A stretch of DNA of 64,000 nt from Phaeosaccion multiseriatum (Eukaryota; Protista; Ochrophyta, other classes). The notes below the pieces were generated by a model, which searched no databases, was not told where the DNA came from, and worked only from the letters and a program-made list of their open reading frames with translations. Below are positions 22,653 to 36,085 of the stretch, one piece after another. Position numbers and translations under genes: made by a program. Position 1 is the first letter of the stretch. Every line of letters begins with the position of its first letter. The DNA lies in assembly GCA_965112735.1 (NCBI GenBank), contig OZ218959.1:2604001-2668000 (forward strand), read 5' to 3'.

Positions 22653-25388
22653 TCAGGGGCAGTAAGTTGGCACCCCCCCGAATCAGGGTACACAGCAGGG
22701 CACACAGAAGCTTTAACTTGGTCTCACGAAGACGGCAGCAGGGGCCGAAGTGGTTGGGTAGGCAGCAACCGCAGCAGCAGCAGCAGCAGCAGCAGTAGCC
22801 CGAGCAGGACAAGAAACAAGGCAAAGGATACTCACTCACAGGAGCGAGCAGGAGCACCAACACATCTACAAGAACCACTCCTTCACTCGGCTCAACGGAG
22901 AGGCGTGCAGAGGCCGTCGTCTCTGATAGACGACGCCCAGCTCGACTCCGACGGTCGGGGAGGAGGAGGTTATGGTGGTGGTGGTGGTGGTGGTGGAGGA
23001 GGAGGAGGAGGAGGAGGAGGAGGAGGAGGAGGAGGAGGAGGAGGAGGAGGAGGAGGAGGAGGAGGAGGAGGAGGAGGAGGAGGAGGAGGAGGAGGAGGAG
23101 GAGGAGGAGGAGGAGGAGGAGGAGGAGGAGGAGGAGGAGGAGGAGGGGGAGGCGAAGGAGGCAGAGGAGGCCGCGGAGGAGGAGAAGGAGAAGGAGTAGG
23201 AGGAGGCAGAGTCGACGGTCGATCGCCCAGAAGCTCAGATGCAAGGATTCCACCGCCGAGAGGCAAGGTCGACGGTATCGACAGCCTCGGGAATGTACCT
23301 TTCGATGCCACTGGGGGCCAGAGCTATCGTAGACACGGAGCCGCTAGTGGTGGTGGTCGCGATGGTGGTGGTGAGGATCGGAGGACGGTAGGTCAAGGCG
23401 GTCCTATGGTGGGCGGTTTGAGTGACACCACAGTGGCGGCAGTGGCGGTGGCAGCGGCGGCGGCAGAGGCGGTTCCGATTCCAACTCAGGCTCAGGCTGT
23501 TGCTCCTCCTTTCACTCCCATAATCTCCACCGGACTATCTACGGGCTACCAAGCGGCGACGACGTGTAGCACCATTTCTCCCTCAAGCTCCAGCGGGTAC
23601 GGGCCGTACCACGCCGGAGCTCACGTGCCAGTGACGCTCATCGCCACAGGAAACGCCGCCGTGTGCTGTGTGCACAAGTTTGTGTTGGAGGAGGAAGAGA
23701 GGAAGCGGCGCGAACTCCAAGGCGCGGACGGTGCTAAGGATAGCGGGGAGAGGAGGATCAAGACGAAGCCAGTCAGGTAAGACCGAACGAGCGGTTGTGA
23801 TATGTACCGTACGACTGACTAGTAAATTTGTCTCTCTCATATTGAGTTTGTCTCTCTCGTTGTCTCTAGGTCTCTCTCTGGTTAGCTCCCTCCCTCCCTC
23901 CCCTCCCTTCCTTCTTCCCTACCTCGACACGTTGGTTTGTTGATGCTGAGTTGTGCTTTTATGCTATTATTATTTATTTGTCTGTTGGTTTGTTAATTTG
24001 TAAGGCCTATCGATTATCGTTCGTCATTGTTGCTCTGGCCACAGCCACATCGCTCACAGCCCCTAAACCAAAACCAACCCTTTGATCTTCTCAAACCCAA
24101 ACAAATAAACAAAACAAACTTAACAAACAGGACCACACATGGCTGCCGCGTCTGCAATGTGCCCGTCTGCACAAGTGCCAAATGCTGGAACGCTTTGCAC
24201 TCGGGCACACACTCTGTGAGAATGGCACGAGCGATTCTCCGGGCCAAAACCGCTCAGGAGGCGCGCAGTAATCGAGCGGAGTATGCCGCCAACAGAAAGC
24301 CGCCCCGCAAGAAGAGAAAGGGGGCAGCACGGACAGCGGCAGCAGTGGCGGGGGCAGTAGCAGCAAGGGCAGCAAATCAAGAAGCGAAAGCAGTATCACT
24401 AGGACAAGGAGGGGCTGGGAACGAGAGCGCAGAAGGAGGAGGGGCAGCAGCACCAGCAGCCAAAGGAGGAAGAGGAGAAGGAAGGGAAAGATATGAAGGA
24501 GGGCAGCTAGAGGAAGGAGGAGGGAGAGGGGAGGAGCGGCCGGCTTACTCTGCTCACCAGCTCCAAAGCCCTCACCAGCTGCTGTTCTCACCCCCGTGGT
24601 CAGGAGGAGGAAGAGTGATGAAATCATCACCCACTTCAAGCCTTGAGAACGGCCGGGCCCTTCAGGCAAGGGGCGGCGGCGTCGCCTCCAGCAGTCCCCA
24701 CCTTCAGATGGGCATGCGCGACACTGCTGCTGTATCACCAACTGCTGCTGCTGCTGCTGCGGCGGCTGCTGCCGCGGAAGCCATGACGGGCTTATCAACG
24801 GGGCTGTCAACAGGGATGACATCACCGCCGACGTATATACAACAGTCTCACAGCAGGACCGTCAATCTCAGAGGCTCTTGGCCGGTGGAGGGTACTGGTG
24901 CATGGGCGCCGCCCCCGCCTCCTGTGCGGCAACCTATATACCCTGGGCACGGGCATGGGCCTCCTGGGGCCGTGGTGAGTCACCCGCACCAGCCATCCTA
25001 TGTCGGTAGCTTTGGGCACCAGGGAGGAGGGGTAGGACAAGGAGGAGCACAAGGAGGAGGGCAAGGAGAAGGAGGAGGAGCAGGAGGAGCAGGAGGAGGA
25101 GGAAGAGGGGGAGGAGCAGGAGGAGGAGGAGGAGGAAGGGAAGGTACTGGACCTGACGATCAATACGGGCACGGACAAGTGAACGTGTCCAGCAGAGGCT
25201 TTCCTGTGAAGTTTCCAGACAGAGACCATTCTGCACGGCTGCCAGGAATCGCAGCCTGGGCACGGTGGGAAGAGGCAGCAGCGACAATGGCAACAGCACC
25301 GGAGGCAGAGCAACAGAGTAGCAGCAGCAGCAACAACAGCAGCAGCAGGGAAGCAACAAGAGCTAACGCAGCACACCCGGCGTGTTGA
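20996..25388 (+). CDS. Protein with a split FHA-like domain, long low-complexity regions, a piggyBac-transposase-type C-terminal Cys/His finger and a basic NLS; apparent frameshift in a G-run near 21672-21691
   Basis: Exons approximately 20996-22151, 22484-23776, 24131-25388. FHA first half: TIGSSPTMDVVIASDLVAEHHCTI. FHA second half: MFITNPNPSVNRLGVFLK-SSVEEQTIVGQTPVLIPMGSNIVLG. Finger: CCVH...RTTHGCRVCNVPVCTSAKCWNALH. NLS: RKPPRKKRK. Confidence 0.6.
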
Positions 25389-25470
25389 TTAGAACGCACG
25401 CATTGGACAAGAGCAGAAGGGAGCGCGACGCTCGTGCCCGTGGGTATTTAGTCGGCTGGGACCGATCTTC

Positions 25471-25515
<45 letters not shown>

Positions 25516-26661
25516 TGTGTGTCGGTGGGTGTGGTGGGGCGTGAGCGACGATGAGCTGTCCAGGGGGGCTCCGGCCGCCCCAGGATCAGCTTTGCCAGCA
25601 GGGGCCAGAGGCCTCCGGTAATTGTACAGGAGATGGGTGAGTGGGGTGGCGTGGGCCTTGGGCACCCCCCCCCCCCTGCCTGCCAATTCCCTGTCCTACC
25701 AGCGATGGTAAGTGCCTGTGTGTGTGTGTGTGTGTGTGTGTGTGGGAGGGGGGGTGTAAGGATGGGTCGAGTCCACTCGATAACGGTTGTTGTCCTCGTG
25801 CACTTACACAATGAGAGAGGCTCGGCCTGCGCTGCACGGCGAGGCAAGGATGTAATGAGGAGGGGTTGTTTGTTTGGGTCACTGTTTGGGCCCCCCTCTC
25901 ACCCCTGCCTTTCCCACCCCCATCTCTGGTGCGCAGGAGCGCATAGAATCGAATGAAACACTGTAAAAGAGAGAGACATATATAGAAAGATAGATCGATA
26001 CATAGATCGATAGATAGATAGATAGATAGATAGAGGGAGGGAGGGAGAGAGGGAGAGAGAGGGAGAGAGAGTGGTCAAGAGGGGCCAAGAGACAGATATC
26101 TGCCGAGGCGATATCAAGTGATGCATTGTGGTGAGAGGGAAGTGGGTATTTATATGTTGGAGTATCGTAGCAGGCGATAGAGAGGATGGTAGCCCCTCAT
26201 GGCGGCGCCAGCTCGCTTGCTCGGTTGTTTTGATGTCTTTGGGGTTGGGGACGGAGCAAAGAGGGAGAGAGAGAGAGGGGGTTAGAGAGAGAAAGAGAGA
26301 GAGTCAGAGGGGGGGAGGGGAAGAGAGAGAGGATGGGACGAAGAAGGGCACTTCTTGATGTCGTAGTTGGGAAGGTAGGGGAGGTGGAGGGTGGGCGCGG
26401 GCTGAAGATGGACGGGAGTGCTCCCTTACAAACAACGGACGGGCCTGTTCTGAATGATGAATGGCTTAACACGTAAAATATATGTCGTGTTTTTTCTTTT
26501 CTTTCTTTGAGTTGAAGGAGGGGGTATGTACAGTATGGCCAAGCTACTGGACTAAAGAAGACACAGAAAAAAAGACGACCTCTGTTTTTCCTCGGAGCGG
26601 TCGGAGGGACGGACGGACGGGACGACATCTCGGCCCTGAGGCCCTCTCACCCTTCCCAGTC

Positions 26662-26766
26662 TCGGCCCTGGACAAGGTTATCTGATTACTGATTATGCCC
26701 GGCGCCAGCCGGCCTGATTACTGATTGCTTATTGCCGGTGCACACTGTAACCTTGTCCAGGGCCGA
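26662..26766. mobile_element. 105-bp MITE-like element with perfect 19-bp TIRs and a 6-bp target-site duplication
   Basis: TCGGCCCTGGACAAGGTTA (26662-26680) and TAACCTTGTCCAGGGCCGA (26748-26766), flanked by CCAGTC at 26656-26661 and 26767-26772. Confidence 0.75.
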
Positions 26767-27638
26767 CCAGTCGGGCATCACCCCTACAGCACTGTCCACG
26801 TTCTTCTCCTTGTCCTCCCTCCCTCCCTCCCTCCCTCCCTCCCTCCCTCCCTCCCTCCCTCCCTCCCTCCCTCCCTCCCTCCCTCCCTCCCTCCCTCCCT
26901 CCCTCCCTCCCTCCCTCCCTCCCTCCCTCCCTCCCTCCCTCCCTCCCTCCCTCCCTCCCTTCCTTCCTTCCTTCCTTCCTCCCTTTATTCTCTCTCCATC
27001 CTTCCCCTGCTGCTGCCAGTTTCTCCCCCAGAGGCCAGCCATCTGCACATTTCTCTGTCTCTTTGCTTCCCCCCCCCCACCCACCAGGACCCCATCTCCT
27101 TCATTTTCCATTGTTGTGCTCTTTCAATAGTAGGTCCCTGCTCTGTGTCTAGTTAGGGGACACGGGCAGGCAGGGTAGAGGGAAATGAGGGGCAGTGAGA
27201 AAGAGAGGAAGTGAAGGGGAGGAGAGAATGAAAGGTTGGCAGGCAAGGCAAGAGGGGAGAAAGGGGGTTTTCAGACCCCAGGGAGCTAGAGTCCTATAGA
27301 GGAAGAGTGAGACGACTTCTCCCAATACCGTAAATGGACCGTACTGGCTCTCTGCTGCTGCTCGCTTGAGCCCCTGATGAAGAGTGACCCCTGATGAAGA
27401 GGGGAGGAGGTGAAGATTTGGAAAGTGAACCACGTTAAATCCTCCCCCCTTTTTGAAATCGATACTCGATTTATTTAGTGTGAGTTTCAGGGCTAAACGG
27501 TTGAAAATCTCTTGAGACAGAGAGGGGACAGAGAGGAGAGAAGGAAAGAGAAGGAAAGAAGGGAAAGAAAAGCCTTCTACTGCTGCTGCTAGCGCCGTTG
27601 TTGTTGCTGCGACTTGGTTACACAACAAGAGGAAAGAG

Positions 27639-28669
27639 ATGGCGGAAGAGGCGGCAAGGGTGTTGGCGCCTCCACCCGGCCGTCAGCCGATATGGGTGCA
27701 GCAGAAGAACTACGAAAAGTACAAGCTGTACCTGGACCCGGCCGTCACGGGAATGGGGACTCCAACGGTGCCTTTTGCGAGGATCAACAAGGCGGAGGTG
27801 CTGGATGACATCGGTCAGTGCCAAGGGAAGAGAGAGAGGGGAGGGAGGGGGGAAGAGGAGGAGAGAGAGGGGGGGAGAGGAGGGAAGTGCTGGTTGCTGA
27901 GCACGAAGACAAATAAAAGAGTAGATAGCCGCGCAAGCGCATAGATGGAGAGAGGAGGACATGCCGGTTGTAGCAATAGAGAAGAGGGAAGGGAAAGGAC
28001 GAGGGGAAAGCGGCCACGCCTTCCAAAGTGAAATCACTCGCTTTGCGTCTTCTGCCTGCCTTTCTCTGAAACGCTTTTCCCTGCTCCCTTCCTACCCCAC
28101 CCTTGTCTCCCCGCTTCCTTCCTCCTCACTCCCTTCCTGTTCCGTTCTACCTTACACATCAACAACACACACACCACTCTGCAGCGAAATATGGTTTCAT
28201 GAATGACTTCAACGATTTCAAGGACGTCCTTACCAAGTTCAGCGGTAGCGAGATCTTACTCATCGGCGACCCGGACAAGGTGTATGGGGAGCTGTGGTAC
28301 TTTGCCTACACAATGGAAGCCTACGAAGAAGACCTAGAAAAGGCTTTGTCAGCGGGGGAGAAGAATGCAGCAGCGGATGCCGAGGAGGAAGAGAGGAGGC
28401 GATTAGAGAGCGAGGTGCGTAAAGCAAGGAAGACGAGAGCATAGTAGAGGGAAAGTTTTTCTCTTTGTCGCTGTTTTCCAACACGCACTTTCAAAAACTC
28501 TTGCTGTCCCACGTCCACTCTTCCTGCCCTTTATCCCTCCATTCCAGTCCTTCTCTACTCCCTTGCTCCTCTATGCAGTCACCAAAGCTCTTCCCTCTTC
28601 TCCCCAGCGTTGATCGGCCTTCCTCTTCTCTCCTTCTTCTGTCCCTCTCGTCTTGTCCTCCTCCTCCTC

Positions 28670-28765
<96 letters not shown>

Positions 28766-28792
28766 CTACTACTACTACTGCTACTCCTACTC

Positions 28793-28873
<81 letters not shown>

Positions 28874-28896
28874 CTACTACTACTACTACTACTACA

Positions 28897-28976
<80 letters not shown>

Positions 28977-30516
28977 AACTACTACTACTACTACTACCAC
29001 TACTACTACTACAACTACTACTACTACTACTACTACTCCTCCTCCTTCTCCTCCTCCTCCTCCTCCTCCTCCTCCTCCTCCTTCTCCTCCTCCTTCTCCT
29101 CCTCCTTCTCCTCCTCCTCCTCCTCCTCCTCCTCCTCCTCCTCCTCCTCCTCCTCCTCCTCCTCCTCCTCCTCCTTCTCCTCCTCCTCTGCCCCCCTACT
29201 TTTCCTCCGCAGGCGGCTAAAGTCCTCCCTGTATACGAAGACAAGCCCATCCTAGCGAGGCCGTGGGTATCCGAGTCGGAAGCCGACACCGAGAGAGAAG
29301 TTGTAGCCCTGACTCTCGCACCAGAGCGGGAGACGCTCACTCTGGAGATGACTCGTCCGCTGCGATCCTTCGGCACAGCATGCGCCTTTGCTGATAGAGA
29401 CGCGGCAGGGCACTTGTCCGAGGAGTACATGATGCGGGTTGGGATCAGGTGAGGTGGATAGGCAGAGGAGGGAGGGGGGGGAGGAGGGGGAGGAGAGAAG
29501 AAGAGGGAAAAGGTGCTTACAACCTTGCTGCATTACCAACTGCGCATGCTCTCCCCGCTCCCGTGTACCATTCACTGTAACGGTCACTTAGGAAGTACAT
29601 GGAAGCCGCTTTCGTGCCCTACGATCCTTCGAATCCGGACATGAAGCTCATCAGTACCGGATGCCAGGTGAATAACGCCCATTGAAACGAAGGAAGGAAA
29701 GGGGGAAGGAAGGAAGGAAGGAAGGAAGGAAGGAAGGAAGGAAGGAAGGAAGGAAGGAAGGAAGGAAGGAAGGAAGGAAGGAAGGAAGGAAGGGGGGAAG
29801 GAGGGAGGAAATAAAATATAACGAAAGAAGAAAGGAAGAGAAGGAAGGAAGGAGGGAGGCAGGGAGGGAGGGAAGGAAGAACGCTAGTGGTGACATGCGG
29901 GGTGCCATCCCTCTGTTGGACCCCCTCGATCCCCACTCCCACTCACTCCTATCCCAACAACGCCCTCCCTTCCTTCTTGCTCCTCTCTCTCTACGGACGA
30001 CGACGGGCACAGGCGGCACCGACAGCGGCCACAGCGGCGTCTCAGACATGTTGGAACCGACCCGTGAACGTTGCCGTTCAGTACGAGGCGTTGCACCACA
30101 GCAGCAGCACTAGTAGCGACAACAAGGAGGCAGGAGGCCCTTCCTCTGGGGCTGGTGGTGTTTCTGCTGGTACTGGTGGTACCGGGGGTGCTGGTGCTGG
30201 GGCGAAGCAGAGTGAAATGCAGAGCGAGGGCATGCTCAACTTCCTCCGGAAAGTCAGGCCGATAGTAGAGGAGGCCCTACAGCAGGTGTGTGTGTGTGTG
30301 TGTGTGTGCGTGTGTGTGCATGTATCGGTGTGTGCGTATGCGCTTGTGTACGTGTGTATGTTTGTGGGTGTAAGATGGTTACATCATTCTTGCCATCATT
30401 CGTCATCATCGTCACTCGCCCTCCTCTTCTTCCCTTGCCCCCCACCGGATACACGACCCCGCAATGAATGGCACACACACACGCACACACACACGCATGC
30501 ACACACACGCACACAC

Positions 30517-30588
<72 letters not shown>

Positions 30589-32123
30589 AGAATGAGACTG
30601 TAGACATCTTCGCAGACGCGTTTGCCCTAACGGGTGGAGAGGACGAGATTTCACAAGTCACCAACAAGAGCGATCATGACCTCCGAGAGCTCCGGACCTT
30701 CACGGACTTGCTCCACAGCAAAAATAGATCGATTTGCGCCATCGATTGGGTTCCCAAGTGAGTAGACATTTGCAAGTTCACTTCCATCACTTCCACCACT
30801 TCCACCAGAGGGGAGGCAAATGGTTTGCAGAAGGCAACGAAGGCGTGGAGGGTGGGGACAGGATGATAGCTCCCTCTGTTGTGTGTGTATCGTATGCTCC
30901 GCTTATCGACTCCTTCCCGGCGGAGTCGCCCTCATCTCCTTTTAGTCTCTCCACACGTCACGCGGGGTGCACAAAAGCCCTCCTCCAACACCCCTGTGTA
31001 GCCCTCCTCACTAATGTACGTCGTGTTCGCCCTCTTGACTACTTCCCCTCACCCCAAACTCCGTTCGCAGGAGGAAAGGCATGGTTGCGGTGTCTGCGGT
31101 CAACAATTACACTTTCGACGAGCGAGTCAAGGTGAGACCCAAAGAGGGACCCAAAGAGGGGGACGTATATGTGTGTGTGTGTGTGTGCGTGTTGAGCAGT
31201 TTTTTTTCCGCTGCATTCTTTGCATTGGAGGAAGTCGTGCGATACGCCTGCCGGCATAGGCCTGCCCATATGCCTTCCCCATCATGTAACTCCATGCCTA
31301 CATGCCTACCCCATCCTCCCCTACCCATGTGCCTGCCGATATGCCTATCCCCTGGTCACAGGTGTCAGGACATGTGGACAACAGTTACGTGCTGCTATGG
31401 GACTTTGCGGACCTGATCCACCCCATCCTCAAACTCGAGGCCCCGCATGAGGTCTTCTGCTTCCGATTCAACCCCGTCACCGGCACGCAGGTATGTATGC
31501 ATACATACATTGCTTTACATCATATACCACCGGACACGTACCATCAAGAAAGCCCAACCAACCAACCAAACATCCAAATAAACAACCTCTCCCTCTCTAA
31601 CTTTCTTTTTCTCCCTCTCCCTCTCCCTCTCCCTCTCCCTCTCCCTCTCCCTCTCCCTCTCCCTCTCCCTCTCCCTCTCCCTCTCCCTCTCCCTCTCCCT
31701 CCCTCTCATTCTCTCTCTGCCCCCCCCTACCCCCCCCCCCCGCTCCTACATGTCCGTCCAGGTGGTGGCGGGCGCGCTGAGCGGTCAAGTGATGATGTGG
31801 GACATCGAAGAGGTGATGACAGTCATCGAAGGACGTAAGAAGAAGCAGAGAGGGCGACACATGGGCAAGGCAAGCCCGGAGGAGGAGGAGGAAGGTCGCA
31901 AGCCCATCGTACCTCAGGCGGTTACAGCCATCAGCCACATTGACCTGAGCCACAGGAGACTCGTGGCAGATTTGGTGTGGTTACCGCCGGAGATGCATCT
32001 GAACTATCGAGGACAGCTGCTGGGGCCAGAACATCTCGATGGGAAGAGTTATCAGTTCATCACCGTGGCGGGAGACGGACAGTGCCTTGTGTGGGACACA
32101 CGCTTTCAGGTATGTAGGTACTG

Positions 32124-32189
<66 letters not shown>

Positions 32190-34611
32190 TATGTACGTAC
32201 GTATGTGCAATGTGCATGCACCTCTCACGCTCGCTCTTCTCACCCAATGGCTCTTTCTGTGACTTCCCTCGCTCGCTCCCTCTTCGGCTCATCCACTCAC
32301 CCACGCGTCCGCCCCCCCCCCCACCAACTCATCTCACCTTCTGTTCCATGCTGCATCCTGTGCTCACCCTTTTGTCGCCAAAGGACATTTCTGAGGGCCT
32401 GCTGCCGCACGTGGCCAAACCCAGACAGAGCGACAAGAAGAGGGAGGAGAAGGGCGGCGCTGTTAAGGCCCCGTGGATGCCTCTGTTCAGGATGCAGCTA
32501 TCCAGGTCAGTCAGTCAGTCAGTCAGTCAGTCAGTCAGTCAGTCAGTCAGTCAGGCAGTCAGACAGCCAATCAGTCAGTCAGTCGGTCAGGCAGTCAGTC
32601 AATCAGCCTGTCTGTCAGTCAGTCTTTCAATCAGTCGGTCTGTCTGTCAGTCAGGGAGGCAGTCAGTCAGTCAATCAGTCAGGACGGCAGTCAAGCTCTC
32701 ACTCCGCCACTCACTCACGCACGCACTCACGCTCTCACTCACTCACTCACTCACTCACTCACTCATTCACTCACGCACGCACGCACGCACGCAGACCGGA
32801 AGGCGTGGGTGAGCTTGCCCTGTGCCGCGTCATCATCAACGTCATGAGCCAGGGGCTGCCAGCAGCCACGGATGAGCCGGGGGACAATAGCAGCGGACCA
32901 GCGGGCCCGGGCATCGACCGACGCTCCCACATTGTTTGTGCGACTGAGGACGGAGATATCGTGTATGCTGACTGTCAGTCCAAGGCCCTGGCAGGGGTGG
33001 GGGGAGGAGGAGGAGGAGGGGGTGGTGGAGGAGGAGGAGGAGGAGGGGATGATGAGAAGGGGGGCGATGACGGCGGAGATATGGCGCCGGAGTTCGTCAA
33101 GTGGGTGGCGAAGGATCACACCAGGCCGTGTGTAGGTGAGTGGGTGTGGGATGTTACAAGTCATGGAGTGTGGGATGCTTGTTTTAGTCTATCATTCTTT
33201 ATGGAGTGTGGGATGTTGTAAGTCATCCTTGGTCTATAAAAGAATGACTTGAGGCAGGGACTAGTGCGGGAGGGGGGCGTGCGTGGGGCAGGGAGTTCAG
33301 GCCAGGCTTCTCTCGCTGCTGCTCCAATACGCTATGGTCTTCCTCCCCGCCATTCTTGCGCTTCGAAAGCGATCGATTCCCTCCTCCCCCACCCTATTAT
33401 GTCTCTTACACCTCCCTCCCTCCCTTCCTCCCTCCCTCCCTCCCTCCCTCCCTTCCTTCCTTCCTTCCTTCCTTCCTCCCTGCCTCCCTCCCTCCCTCCC
33501 TCCCCACCTTCCTCGCTCCTCTCCCTCCCCCCTTCTCTCCCTTCCTTCCTCTCTCCCTCCCTCCCTCCCTCCCTCCTTCTCCATATGCCTCCCCCGCCCG
33601 CCCCCTCTGCAGGCCTCATGGCATCTCCCTTCTTCGCCGGTGTGTTTCTCTCAGTGGGCGACTGGAGCTTCTCCCTCTGGAGGGTGGACGGGGCGCTGCA
33701 CAAGCCCATCTTCTGCAGCCCCATGGCCAAGTAAGTGCAGCAAGTGGTGATGCAGTTGAACCAGTTGTTATCCAGCGCAGGCAGTGGTGCTCCAGGGCAG
33801 CCAGTTGTAATCCAGCTCGCTCAACCCCCTTCCCCTTCCCCGTCCCCTCCCTTCTCCCCATCCCTATATGCCTCCAACCAACCTCTCTCCTCTCTCCAGC
33901 ACATACCTCACTTCCGCGAGGTGGAGTCCCAGCCGTCCGGCGCTATTGTTGCTGGGCAAGGTGAGTGGGTATACGAGGTACCCAATTCGAAGAACCCGTC
34001 ATATTTTCAATCGGATGCCCGTTCCGCCATGCCCCCATAGTTCCTCGTGCCGCTGAGCACTGACATCATCAACCACCCACCTACACGCACATACATACAC
34101 ACACACACTCTCTCTCTCTCTCTCTCACACACACACATACACACATACACACATACATACACACACGCACGCACACACATACACACACAACGCACGCACA
34201 CAACACACACACACTCAGGTGGACGGCTCCATCGACGCATGGGACTTCACAGACAGCAGCTATGCACCCTCCGTGACAATGATGTCTTCCCCCTCGCGTA
34301 TCACGAGCATGGAGTTCCTCCCCAGCAGCGGCAGCAGCAGCAGCAGCGGTGCGCAAGGCGGACCAGGCACAGGTCAACACGCGGTTGCCACCAAGGCCGT
34401 CAAGCAGCAGTTGCTGAGTGTGGGTGACGCCGTTGGAAACCTGCATGTGTTTGACGTTCCTCAGAATCTGTGTAGGCCCGGCGCCAATGAGAAGGCCATT
34501 ATGGCCTCCTTTCTGAAACGGGAGGAGGAGAGGATCGCCTACTTCACAGGACGGATGGAGGTGCGGAGTAAGGAGTCGGCAGCTCTGGAGGCGGAGGAGC
34601 TACAGCAAGGA

Positions 34612-34642
<31 letters not shown>

Positions 34643-34893
34643 GAGGAGGCATGGGTGGCGGAGGCGGTGGCATTGACAGTGGGGGTGGTACTGCTGCGGT
34701 TGTTGGTGATGCGGCGGCCTTGGCAGCAGGAGGAGAACTTGGGGCCTTGCCTCCGCCTCCGGAAGAGGACCCTGTACTGGTTGAGGCGGAGAAGGCGTAT
34801 AAGGAGCTGGAGGCCAATTATATTGAGCAGCTCGGACTGTCCAATGATGATTTGCCTTCGCACTATCGAAGGGAGGCAGCGGCGGCAGAGTGA
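27639..34893 (+). CDS. DNAI3: Axonemal dynein intermediate chain, WD-repeat (DNAI3/WDR63/IC140-like)
   Basis: About 14 GT-AG exons. Motifs: [15 protein letters not shown]; [29 protein letters not shown]; [14 protein letters not shown]; [19 protein letters not shown]; [12 protein letters not shown]; [29 protein letters not shown]; [16 protein letters not shown]. Confidence 0.88.
28670..29190. repeat. Intronic compound microsatellite (TAC)n then (CCT)n before the acceptor
   Basis: Seen directly in intron 28415-29212. Confidence 0.95.
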
Positions 34894-35179
34894 ATTGAGA
34901 CGGAATTGAATTGAGGTTGAATAAACTTGAAAGTGAAAGTGAAATGAATTGAAAGGGGGAGGAGTTGAAGACACGTGGACGCAGGGAAGGGTGGGAGACC
35001 GCCGCCGCCGCAGGTGTAGGGGGTATCATCTTGTGTACTGTTTGACATTTTGACAGTCCTTGCAAAAAAATGAATGAATAAAAACTCTTGGACTACTCCT
35101 TGGCTTTCCAAAAGCCAGACCCAGCCCCCCTTATCCATCACCTCAGTCACCTTTCTCTCTCTCTCGCCCTCTCCCTCTC

Positions 35180-36050
35180 TCATCCGAGCCGGCTAAGTAT
35201 CCACCCTAGCAAGTCTTCCAGCTCCCCCCTGCCGAGCTCGTGGTCAAGCCCCTCGTACTCGTTCCACTCCAAGGGGTAGCCCGCCGCCCTGAGCTTCTCG
35301 CTTGTCCTCCTTCCCCAGCTAAGGGAGGACGGGAAGGGGGAGGTGAGGGAGGGAGGGAGGGAGGGAGGGAGGGAGGGAGGGAGGGAGGGAGGGAGGGAGG
35401 GAGGGAGGGAGGGAGGGAGGGAGGGAGGGAGGGAGGGAGGGAGGGAGGGAGGGAGGGAGGGAGGGAGGGAGGGAGGGAGGGAGGGAGGGAGGGAGGGAGG
35501 GAGGGAGGGAGGGAGGGAGGGAGGGAGGGACGGAGGGAGGGAGGGAGGGAGGGAAGAAGGGAGGGAGGGAGAGAGAGAATCAGGGATGGAGGTTGGAGTC
35601 AGGAGGGGAAAGGAGGACGAGAGAAAAAGAGTCCTTAGAGAGGGGCAGAGCTCTCTCGCAAGAGGAAAAGAGAGAGAGAACGAAGTGACTTGCTCTTACT
35701 GACTTACTCGATAGGGATGACACCGTCCGCCGTACCGTGGCCAAGGAACAGAGGCACCAACGGTTTCTCTCCCTCTCCTCCTGCCTTCTCCCCATCGGCA
35801 GCAGCAGCAGTTGGTGATACAGCAGCGCACGCGGAAGGGGCCGATGGCTTTGGTAGGAACGACCCCATCGCGAATGCCCCTTTGAAAGATGTTGCAAGCT
35901 GCGGTTCACGTGTCAGGCTCTCAAGCACCAGGGAGCCGCCCATGGAGAAGCCTGGAGGAGGAGGAGGAGGAGGAGGAGGAGGAGGAGGAGGAGGAGGAGG
36001 AGGAGGAGGAGGAGGAGGAGGAGGAGGAGGAGGAGGAGGAGGAGGAGGGG

Positions 36051-36085
<35 letters not shown>

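Noticed and set aside
25400-27600. Protein-coding gene in this interval
   Set aside because: Only repeat-derived short ORFs; no recognisable domain or coherent exon chain.
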